NCBI GenBank assembly: GCA_016186045.1
Contig: JACPMJ010000005.1
Coordinates: 7,143 to 71,142, forward strand
Length of the DNA: 64,000 nucleotides
DNA from: Candidatus Uhrbacteria bacterium
GTDB taxonomy: Bacteria; Patescibacteriota; Patescibacteriia; JACQRZ01
Direction of reading: 5' to 3'
The translations under genes and the position numbers were made by a program. Below the pieces are notes generated by a model that saw nothing but the letters and a program-made list of their open reading frames with translations, ran no database searches and was not told the DNA's origin. Positions 19,840 to 28,041 of this stretch are shown here, in pieces; position 1 is the first letter of the stretch; each line of letters starts with the position of its first letter.

Positions 19840-21666
19840 TTACTTGAGATTTTTTACGATCTCTTCAAGAATATCTCCGAAATTGTTCAGGCAGTCCTCC
19901 ATGGTACTGAACAAAAGTTCGGTGGGATAGATATGCGGAGTACCGTGAACCCCAATGAACATGTGAATGACGATAATGCCGGACTCCTTGAGCTCACGGG
20001 AGATTCGCGCCGCGAGCTTCAGGTCATCCGGACCGTCATCGCAGAGCATGATGAGAACTTTACGCTTTCGCTTTGACTCGCGTAGTTTTTTTGCGGCGAC
20101 CGTGAGCATGTGCGTATCCGAGTTCCCATCATCCGCGCTAATGACAACGAATGACGGGAACTTACTGGGAGGGCCGTAATCGTAGATGATTTTTGAATTG
20201 AACGCCCAGATGTTTCCCGCACACACCGGATGAAGCGCCATAATCGCCTCAGAAAAGAGAACGGCGATTTGTTTTGCTTGTTCTATCTTCTCCCCAGCCA
20301 TGGATCCGCTTCTATCAATGCAGAGATGAATCTCCGCATCAATATTTCGCTCTTCCACGATGTCTTTTAGAAATCCGGAGAGGCCTGTTGCGATGCGTGC
20401 GACCTCTCGAGTATCCAGCTCCCCCTCGTCCTGCCCATAGAGGATGTATTCGGAGGGATTTTCGAGACGCTTGAGCTTTCGCACCAGCGGCTCTACAAGA
20501 TGTTGGACCGAAGCAAGAATGCGATTATACGCGGGAGCGTGAACGCCATTTCTTGGAATGCTTTTGACGGGAACCGTATCTTCCCTGCCTACGGAATGTG
20601 GTCCGCGCGGATACGCGGCGCGCATACCTCTCATCCACTTGACGAGATTATTGAGCGCCTGATTTCTTCCTACTTTGAGAGTTCCTGCCATGATTGCATT
20701 GAGATTTCCAAGGAGTGCGGGATCCAGTGGCTCTCCCATCTCAATACTCGCGGCCAAGAGACAGAGCGCGATGAACTTTTGTTCAAATTCCTTGCGAAGA
20801 TTTTTGAGATTCTGACTCTTTCCCTGTTCCTTTTCTTTTTCATCAGGATCGCCAAGAATCGCGTGGATTTCTTGGGCGGCCCAGAGGAGATAGTCCGGTG
20901 TCGCAGTGAGAAGAAGTTTCGGAGAGATCAGTTTCATCGCCTTATGCACCTTCCTGATGCGCGGGCGCTTGTGCCACTTTGCCGCGAAGAAAAAATCTTC
21001 ATAGGCATCAGTTGGTTTCCAATTCCGAAGAATTAAGGTGATATGCGCCTCTCCTGTTTTTTGCGTCGAAAGGTTTCGAGCGCTCCGAGAGAGATTCTTT
21101 TTCTGCTTTTCTTTTTTTGCCGATATTTTCGCGTGGAGGGGTTTCGGATGCTCTGTGTTTCGTATGTATGTTGAGAGTATTTGCGCAAGGGTTTGTCTGC
21201 GCGCCATCGTGGAGACATAGGCGAGACGCCTACGCAGTGTACTCGCAAATCCCGGCGCATGGCCTGCGGTTAGGATATCATCTTTGCGATCAAGGATGAT
21301 ATTGGTGATATGTTGTAAGATATCTCCGCCAAAGTCGTACGCCTCTGCAAGAAGTTTTGTCCCATAAGGGGAAAACTTGATATGACCGCTCTCATGATAG
21401 CCGGTTCCAAAACCGACCTCCTCATGTCCTTCAGTGAAAAACCATGGAGAGATACGTACCTCGGCGATGCAATCCGTACTTGCGGTCGGAATACTTGCAT
21501 CAAAGATAAGCCGGAACGGCTTACCGATAAGCGCGGTAAGGTGATCACAGAGAATCGGAAAGACGCGTTCAAGAATCTTTTTATCCCGTTCTTCTTTTGG
21601 AAGTGCGGCCTCTATCGCCACATCCATCTGATCAAGGGTATCTTGAATACGGGAAAAAGCGTTCAT
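19840..21666 (-). CDS. HExxH metallopeptidase-like + C-terminal vWA domain protein (CobT/NorD-like MoxR partner)
   Basis: HESGH, EGELD, MIDAS DRSGSM and LIMLCDDGP. AAGGAG RBS. Confidence 0.85.
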   Translation of the reverse strand: MNAFSRIQDTLDQMDVAIEAALPKEERDKKILERVFPILCDHLTALIGKPFRLIFDASIPTASTDCIAEVRISPWFFTEGHEEVGFGTGYHESGHIKFSPYGTKLLAEAYDFGGDILQHITNIILDRKDDILTAGHAPGFASTLRRRLAYVSTMARRQTLAQILSTYIRNTEHPKPLHAKISAKKEKQKKNLSRSARNLSTQKTGEAHITLILRNWKPTDAYEDFFFAAKWHKRPRIRKVHKAMKLISPKLLLTATPDYLLWAAQEIHAILGDPDEKEKEQGKSQNLKNLRKEFEQKFIALCLLAASIEMGEPLDPALLGNLNAIMAGTLKVGRNQALNNLVKWMRGMRAAYPRGPHSVGREDTVPVKSIPRNGVHAPAYNRILASVQHLVEPLVRKLKRLENPSEYILYGQDEGELDTREVARIATGLSGFLKDIVEERNIDAEIHLCIDRSGSMAGEKIEQAKQIAVLFSEAIMALHPVCAGNIWAFNSKIIYDYGPPSKFPSFVVISADDGNSDTHMLTVAAKKLRESKRKRKVLIMLCDDGPDDLKLAARISRELKESGIIVIHMFIGVHGTPHIYPTELLFSTMEDCLNNFGDILEEIVKNLK

Positions 21667-21741
21667 GGAGTTCTCCTTTCATTGTGAAAAGTTGTCAAAG
21701 ATCTTTATGGTTATTGTAATCCTTTTTTAGGGAATAGAGGG

Positions 21742-21830
21742 TGTCATCCTGAGTGATAACGAAGGATCCCGTTGGTATCATGTTTTTAACATCGGGATTC
21801 CTCTCCGCCAGCTGGCGGATCGGAATGACA
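21742..21830. repeat. REP/REPIN-like palindromic element
   Basis: TGTCATCCTGAGTGA..GAAGGATCCC...GGGATTCCTCTCCGCCAGCTGGCGGATCGGAATGACA. Near-identical to 38404..38485. Confidence 0.8.
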
Positions 21831-21884
21831 TACATAGTATTCCCTAAAAAAGAGGGGGAACGAACGTTTTTCATTCCCCGTGGT

Positions 21885-22150
21885 GGAGAGGTTGGATATT
21901 TGATGGGCTGCCCCGTAGCCGGTATTCCCGCGATCGGGAATACCGTGCCGAGCCCTCGCGTTCATCGCGAGGGTGAGGGGGCCACGCTTACCCTGTTTGA
22001 CCGCAGACTCCCTGATTCTGGTACAGAATCAGATCAGCGTCCACGCAAAAGCGTATGCAGTAGGGTCACGTCTAAGGTGACCTACCTTTTTCGCATAGTG
22101 CAAAACGGTCAAGAAATATCCAATGCGCCGTCTGGTACAAACGGCTCTCC
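21885..22150 (-). ncRNA. Putative structured ncRNA (retron msr/msd-like), copy 1
   Basis: Nested stems 21892-21901/22114-22123 and 21997-22003/22106-22112 enclose several hairpins. The core 22066-22113 is shared with 23595-23642. Confidence 0.55.
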
Positions 22151-22183
22151 CCTGTATGTGATGTGAGAAAGAAAGTTTAGAGA

Positions 22184-23290
22184 TTATGGAATCTTCATGG
22201 TAAGAGTGGCAAACGCCTTCGCCGCCTCTGTCCCGGACTTCACATCGATGGTTCCATCCTTCAAAACTTTAATGTCGGATGAATACTTATCAAGAAGTCC
22301 TCGCACGACCGCGAGTTTGAGCTTCCATCCTCCGAGCATGAGGCGCGCGGTGTTTCTGCATCCGCGATAACTCGGGGCGTATGAGATAGCGCCGGAATGC
22401 GCGAGATCGCGTATTGCTCGTGCGACCTGCACGATTGCGAGCGCGGCGCGTTCCGAGATACCCACCTCATCCTTGAGTTTTTTCACCTCGAAGTCCTCCG
22501 GCATGGACTCCACCCAAATGAATCCAAAACGATCCTGAAGAGCGGTGCCGAGAGAGAAGACGTCTTGATGCTGTGCGCCTTGATTCATGGTCCCGATGAA
22601 GTGAATATTCGGCGAGAGTCTGATCGTAACACTCCCGTCGGTCGTAGTAATAGCAATTTGCCCGGTGTCATCAAAAAGACCGTGCATACCCTGATGCGAC
22701 TTTTCATGGATGCGATTGATCTCATCCAAGATGACGAGGAAGTGCGTGTTCAGTCCTTGAGCGTATGCGATATTCGCCCGCTCTACGTAATCTGCAAAGG
22801 CGGACTTGACAAACTTTGTTGATGCATTCACTGCGGCATCGGATCCAAACATGTCGTTGCCATGCTTGATCGTCTCAATGTCCACCTTGCAGGGTTCTTG
22901 CCAGTGAAGGGCGTGAGCCACCGCATAGCCAAGGGTCGTCTTTCCGCTTCCCTTATCACCGAGAAGGATGACGTTGGTTCCATTGTTCAGCCAGTTCAAA
23001 AGCTGGCTCAACATAAGTGGATCGGTCCAGTGGCCAGGCAATTCTTTGATCTTTTGCCAGTCCGCAAGCTCCGTTTTTCTGGAAATAAGTCGCACAAACG
23101 ATGTACTCGTTCCCTTGCGACTTTTTTCTTGTCGTTCAAGTTCAACATGCCAAATATCACCATCATTGACGGCAACATTTGTCTGGTTTATCACCTGAAT
23201 CGCGGGAGGAATGTCATATTCCTCAACAAACGAAAGACAAGACACACCCTGTTCGGTGGTATGCGCTCGGGCAAGAAGTAAGTCCGCCAT
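22184..23290 (-). CDS. MoxR/NorQ-type AAA+ ATPase
   Basis: Walker A GDKGSGKT, Walker B VILDEINR, GTMN and ALQDRF. The start at 23290 is supported by an RBS; the ORF extends to 23341. Confidence 0.88.
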   Translation of the reverse strand: MADLLLARAHTTEQGVSCLSFVEEYDIPPAIQVINQTNVAVNDGDIWHVELERQEKSRKGTSTSFVRLISRKTELADWQKIKELPGHWTDPLMLSQLLNWLNNGTNVILLGDKGSGKTTLGYAVAHALHWQEPCKVDIETIKHGNDMFGSDAAVNASTKFVKSAFADYVERANIAYAQGLNTHFLVILDEINRIHEKSHQGMHGLFDDTGQIAITTTDGSVTIRLSPNIHFIGTMNQGAQHQDVFSLGTALQDRFGFIWVESMPEDFEVKKLKDEVGISERAALAIVQVARAIRDLAHSGAISYAPSYRGCRNTARLMLGGWKLKLAVVRGLLDKYSSDIKVLKDGTIDVKSGTEAAKAFATLTMKIP

Positions 23291-23358
23291 TATGTATCCA
23301 TCCTTTCTTTCTGTATCTTTGTAAAAGTACGGTTCCTCCATTTCAGATTATTAGACTC

Positions 23359-23490
23359 TGTCATTGCGAGGGATCCGCCTCCGTCTCCGCCAATTGGCGG
23401 ATGGCGGAGGTGGAAACCGTGGCAATCCCAATTAGAGATCCCTCGTCCCTCGGGGGTACTCGGGATGACATTACTTCGCTCGGGATGACA
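23359..23490. repeat. Composite REP-like palindromic element
   Basis: TGTCATTGCGAG...CCGCCAATTGGCGG...GGCAATC...CTCGGGATGACA (twice). Confidence 0.7.
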
Positions 23491-23494
23491 CACG

Positions 23495-23650
23495 GCGACT
23501 TTGATCCTATGGCGCAAGAAATGTTTTGTAAAGAAATGCTTGCGCGGATGGGATTTCCATTTGATCGAGGACGGCTTGATCAGATACGGTTGGATCACGT
23601 CTAAGGTGACCTACCTATTTCGCATGATGCAAAACGGTCAAGGAAACTGG
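23495..23650 (-). ncRNA. Putative structured ncRNA (retron msr/msd-like), copy 2
   Basis: Begins just after the RT stop. The 48-nt core is 45/48 identical to copy 1 and is followed by different hairpins (GCGCAAG...CTTGCGC). Confidence 0.5.
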
Positions 23651-23656
23651 TATTTT

Positions 23657-24901
23657 TTATTTGAAAGGAATGGACTCGTCCGCAGTATCCTTCTTCTTGC
23701 GACTTCTGCGCCGAGGTGGCTCCTCGGTGGCAATCTGTGTTTCCGCCGAAGTTTCCGAAGTTTGCGGCTCTGGAGTGACAGCAGTCGTTTTCTTGCGTCT
23801 GCGCGGTTTCTTACCTAACTCTCCGGCAAGCTCATTGAACTTGATGGTCTTGAGCTCGGTTTCGGCTTTTTCCGTAATAGCACGAACCTTGCTTGGGAGC
23901 TTGTCAGAATAGATATGGCGAAGATAGCCGATAGTGCCGGCGATCTCTCCGTATACCTGTTTGGTGGGCTCCGCCTTGATGACCGCGAGGAGCTTGTTGA
24001 TCCTCGCGCGGAACTGGTTTAGCTTGTTTGGGGCAAGCGTAATCCGTCCGTCCGGAGCCAAAACGATTCCCGTGATCACTGGTACTGCTCCGGTTTTTGG
24101 AGTGAAGTACTTCGTCTTGTCTTTCCGTTCATGAGGAAAAAATCCATTCTTTTTCATGACGGCAAGAATCCTCTTTCGGAGCTCCCCGGGAATTTCTTCC
24201 TCAAAGGAGATCGTGAGATCATCGCACCATACCGTGATGCGATACTCCTGAAGCGGTGTGGAGTTTTCCGAGATCAGCTTCCAGATATCCTGATCCATCT
24301 TACAGCAGACGATATCAAGGATGCGTGGACTGGTCGGAGGGCCTTGCGGGAGACGGTCATGGAGACAGACGAGATCCACGAGAGACTCGAGCATCTGTTT
24401 TATCTCTTCCGCCTCGAATGTCTGTCCGGAAAATTGCTTCAGCGCAAAGGTGAAGGGTTTGCGAAGATTCGCGCGGATCCTACTCCGATAGACACTGGGA
24501 AAGGCGTTCACAATGTCGATCGAAAAGGCTCGCTCATTTCCCGCGTGGTGCTCTGCGTTTGTCTTCACACTGCACCCTCGCTGGTTCCCGTGCCTGCAGA
24601 AATGTACCGGAATGGAAATTAGAAATCTGTTAAGGATCTTTCGCTGGACGCTTTTAAGTTCATCACAGGGAGCCGCATAACGTCGTACTCCTCTGCCCGG
24701 CCCCTTTGATTCCGCCCACTCGCGGTATGCCGCCTTTTGACGAAGCTTGTCGAGACAAAAATCCCACTCCTGCGTGGAGAGATGAAGCAAGAGTCGTAAA
24801 ATTCGCGCAAGTCGTTCTGGAAGCTCCAGAACGCTCTCGAAATCCTTGTACACCCATTCTTTGGGCGTATGACGCCGACGCCGACGTGTTGAAGTCGCCA
24901 T
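23657..24901 (-). CDS. Retron-type reverse transcriptase
   Basis: K..GVR...P, LKSVQRKI, region X NAEHH, DIVNAFPS, LPQGPPTSP, catalytic WCDD and region Y VITG. AAGGAGG RBS. Confidence 0.9.
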   Translation of the reverse strand: MATSTRRRRRHTPKEWVYKDFESVLELPERLARILRLLLHLSTQEWDFCLDKLRQKAAYREWAESKGPGRGVRRYAAPCDELKSVQRKILNRFLISIPVHFCRHGNQRGCSVKTNAEHHAGNERAFSIDIVNAFPSVYRSRIRANLRKPFTFALKQFSGQTFEAEEIKQMLESLVDLVCLHDRLPQGPPTSPRILDIVCCKMDQDIWKLISENSTPLQEYRITVWCDDLTISFEEEIPGELRKRILAVMKKNGFFPHERKDKTKYFTPKTGAVPVITGIVLAPDGRITLAPNKLNQFRARINKLLAVIKAEPTKQVYGEIAGTIGYLRHIYSDKLPSKVRAITEKAETELKTIKFNELAGELGKKPRRRKKTTAVTPEPQTSETSAETQIATEEPPRRRSRKKKDTADESIPFK

Positions 24902-25094
24902 GCGTATCCTTCCTTTCTCAATCTTTATGAAAAGAGCGATAAGAAACCTTTTGTTTTTGACACAAGGCTTCAGAATAGCTGATCACAAAAAGTGTTCAGA
25001 TATTCCGAAAACTCGAGATTAAAAAAGAGGACAAAATCCCCTCCTTTTTCCCATATTTCAAAGAAACTATGGGTGTTTGAACGTTTCCTGCTTT

Positions 25095-25123
25095 ACTCTA
25101 TCACTTCTTTATTATTTTGTCAA
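25095..25123 (-). promoter_or_regulatory. Sigma70 promoter upstream of the RT gene
   Basis: TTGACA-17 nt-TAGAGT with an extended TG, overlapping the rnhA stop. Confidence 0.55.
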
Positions 25124-25537
25124 GACCAGATGGGCATCTATCGCCATATTTACCAGCATATCCGCCTCCTTGTTTTTTTCACGAAAAATATGAGTAAATG
25201 TTATTTTTTTGAACTTTTGTTTAAGATTCCAAATTTTTAAAAATAATGGGGCGAGATTTTTATCCTTGACACGGTATATTCCATGGAGTTGTTTTACGAC
25301 AAGCTCGCTGTCTAAATAGCACCACACCTCCTGCGCATCCATCTCGTGCGCGCGCTCGAGCGCATACACCAGCGCTCGGTACTCCGCCTGATTATTTGTC
25401 GTCTCACCGATATATTTTTTGAAATGATGTTTTTCTCCTGTTTCTTTATCTTCCAAAACAATGCCGATGCCGGCGGGTCCGGGATTTCCCCGCGCGCCGC
25501 CATCGGTATGAATGATGAATGTTTTTTGATGAGACAT
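25112..25537 (-). CDS. rnhA: Ribonuclease HI family protein
   Basis: TDGGARGNPGPAG, TNNQAEY, DSELVVKQ and REKNKEAD. Confidence 0.92.
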   Translation of the reverse strand: MSHQKTFIIHTDGGARGNPGPAGIGIVLEDKETGEKHHFKKYIGETTNNQAEYRALVYALERAHEMDAQEVWCYLDSELVVKQLHGIYRVKDKNLAPLFLKIWNLKQKFKKITFTHIFREKNKEADMLVNMAIDAHLVLTK

Positions 25538-25561
25538 ATGATATTAAACTGGATTCCAGGG

Positions 25562-27379
25562 TCATCCGCCATCCACCAACTGGCGGAGGCGGACAGGAAT
25601 GACATTTTTAGATAAACGCAGATCAATAATTTTCAGCTGAAGTTCTTTCGTCCCGTTCCATTCATTCGTGTCTAATTCAACTACCACATCTATACTGCTT
25701 CCCGTCTGGATTTTTTCCAACCACGAACCGAATGAAAAACCGATGAGTTTTTTTTGTATACCATCTTGCTGGACGGTGAGACGGAGGTGTTTATTCTCTT
25801 TTCCCACACCTTGCATGCCCAGAACATGGATATCGGAAATAAGAAATAATGGCTTTGGATTACCGTTTCCAAATGGCTCAAATTTTTCCAATTGTTCAAA
25901 AAAATTCCAAGTGAACTGGGAAAGTTTCACTTCCGCATCTATGGAAAGAACCGGAATACGGTCGTTGTCCTGAATCATCTCATCTCCAAGGCGCTGGAGT
26001 TCACGCTTGACCTCCTCGCAGTCCACGCCATCCGTGACTGCAAATCCTCCGGCCGCCTCATGTCCTCCATAGCGATCAAAAAAATGGCTCAACTTTTCAA
26101 ATACGCGGGCGAGATGAAATCCGTTCATGCTTCTGCCGGTGCCCGCGACATGACCTTCATGCGCGCGTGTCATAAGAATAACCGGCCGATGGTATTTTGA
26201 TGATATTTTTCCCGCAACAAGTCCCAGGATACCCAGTGGCCAATCGTCTCCAATTGCCACAAAAATTTTTTTATCTGCACAAATATCTTCTCTAAGTTGT
26301 TCCTCTACCGCGGCAACAACGCGATCGGTCGCCTTTCTGCGTTCAACATTGCTCCTATCAAGACGCTCGGCAAGTACGGCTGCTCGCTGGGGATCTTTTT
26401 CCGTCATGAGAAAAAAAGCAATCGTGCCATGTGTCATGCGGCTTGCCGCATTGATCCGTGGACCAAGCGCGAAATTGATCGTCTGTGTCGTAATTTTTTT
26501 ATCGGAAATATTCGCAACGGTGAGAAGTTTTTGAAGACCACTTCGTTTTGTTTTGTTCAATACGATCAGGCCGTATCGCACAAAAAGTCTATTTTCCCCA
26601 ATCAATGGTACGCAGTCACAAATAGTCGCCATACAGACCGCGTCAAGAAGCCATTTTTCAAAGCCCTCCCAATGGATGGGTTTTCCAGTATCATCAGTGA
26701 CGTTTTTTTTCTTTTCAGAAAAATCAGAGTCAAAATCCGCGCGAATAATCCCCTGTACCAATTTGAATGCCGTTCCCGCGCCCGCAAGATGTTTGAAAGG
26801 ATATCTGTCTGCGCGTACGCGAGGGTGAATGATGGCGTACGCGGACGGAATATCTTCTTCTTTCTCCGGAACATGATGATGATCGGTAATAATGACATCC
26901 ATTCCGAGATCATGCGCGTAAGCAACCTGCTCTTTATTTGATATGCCATGATCATTTGTGATGATAAGTGCAGTTTCATCCGCAGCGAGTTCTTTGATGG
27001 CATCCATCTGTAATCCGTATCCCGCTTTTTCCCTATGGTTCATGTGCACGTGAATACGATCCGTAAAAAGGGAGAGAACCTCATATAAAACGGTTGATCC
27101 ACAGACGCCGTCCACATCATAATCCCCATAGATAGTGATCTTCTCTTTTTCTTTGATCGCGCGTATGATACGCGCCACCGCGCGTTGCATATCGTCAAAG
27201 AGATACGGATCGTGCACATCACGCGCATAGTCAGGTTCAAGAAAGGCGCGTATCGCGCCTTCGTTTTCTATTGAGATGTTTCTGTTCGCTAAAAGTTGGA
27301 GAATAAACGGATCGATATGGGGATATGTGTTGCGTGTTTCTTCATCAACCTTCTGTGCGAGTATCCAGCGTTTTTCCAT
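25562..27379 (-). CDS. recJ: Single-stranded-DNA-specific exonuclease RecJ
   Basis: YGDYDVDG, TDHH, GPRINAASR, GGHEAAGG and EPFGNGNP. Confidence 0.96.
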   Translation of the reverse strand: MEKRWILAQKVDEETRNTYPHIDPFILQLLANRNISIENEGAIRAFLEPDYARDVHDPYLFDDMQRAVARIIRAIKEKEKITIYGDYDVDGVCGSTVLYEVLSLFTDRIHVHMNHREKAGYGLQMDAIKELAADETALIITNDHGISNKEQVAYAHDLGMDVIITDHHHVPEKEEDIPSAYAIIHPRVRADRYPFKHLAGAGTAFKLVQGIIRADFDSDFSEKKKNVTDDTGKPIHWEGFEKWLLDAVCMATICDCVPLIGENRLFVRYGLIVLNKTKRSGLQKLLTVANISDKKITTQTINFALGPRINAASRMTHGTIAFFLMTEKDPQRAAVLAERLDRSNVERRKATDRVVAAVEEQLREDICADKKIFVAIGDDWPLGILGLVAGKISSKYHRPVILMTRAHEGHVAGTGRSMNGFHLARVFEKLSHFFDRYGGHEAAGGFAVTDGVDCEEVKRELQRLGDEMIQDNDRIPVLSIDAEVKLSQFTWNFFEQLEKFEPFGNGNPKPLFLISDIHVLGMQGVGKENKHLRLTVQQDGIQKKLIGFSFGSWLEKIQTGSSIDVVVELDTNEWNGTKELQLKIIDLRLSKNVIPVRLRQLVDGG

Positions 27380-27400
27380 GGAGGATGTCTCACGTTAAAA

Positions 27401-27871
27401 TCAAATGGTTTTTTTCTTTTTTGGAATCAGGAGAAGCGTCGCGAGTCCCAGGACACTGGCGCCAACAATGCCGGTTCCTCCATACAGTTTGGTATAGGGA
27501 TCAATGGTTTCCCACCAGCTTGGCTGTTTTGGCGGACGAGTATTTTCAGGAGTTGGCGCAACAACCGCGGATACGGATGCGGCATTTTCTTGCGCCTTCA
27601 TTTTTGTCGAAACAAAGAGTAATGAGGTGAATAACACCATAAATCCGATAGAGAGAAACACCGCCTGTTTGAGATGGACGTGATACTGGACTGTTGTTAC
27701 TGGCTGAGGAACTGATGCTGGAAGCGAAGGTGCTATAACCTGCTCATTTGGTTCCATAGGCGCATCAGAAAGAATAACCGCTGAAAGAATTTCCGGAGCT
27801 GATATCTCGGTTTTTTTGGATTTTTTCGAGCTTCGTTTTTTAACAACTAACGTTCGTTTTTTGGGAGGCAT
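27401..27871 (-). CDS. Hypothetical membrane protein
   Basis: Basic N-terminus and two TM segments. Confidence 0.65.
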   Translation of the reverse strand: MPPKKRTLVVKKRSSKKSKKTEISAPEILSAVILSDAPMEPNEQVIAPSLPASVPQPVTTVQYHVHLKQAVFLSIGFMVLFTSLLFVSTKMKAQENAASVSAVVAPTPENTRPPKQPSWWETIDPYTKLYGGTGIVGASVLGLATLLLIPKKKKTI

Positions 27872-28041
27872 AGGATCGCAAAAAAAGAAATAAGTTAGAA
27901 AAATGGGGCGATGACAGTGGAAATGACCATTGAAAAAATAACAATGACGGCAAGGACAAGAAAAATGCGGCGTATCTGTTTTCTACTTAAGAATGGCATA
28001 TCATTAGTATACACCTTTTAAAAAAATACAAATGTGGATAG

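Noticed and set aside
21753-23818. Plus-strand ORFs 21753..22166 and 23501..23818 sharing the peptide TSKVTYLFR..QNGQ
   Set aside because: The shared peptide is only the translation of the 48-nt repeat. The ORFs lack RBSs, run antisense to the operon and cross palindromic elements.
23657-24901. RT as a group II intron or DGR enzyme
   Set aside because: It has no maturase or intron domain V/VI features and no TR/VR pair with adenine-specific differences. It carries retron region X and Y motifs.
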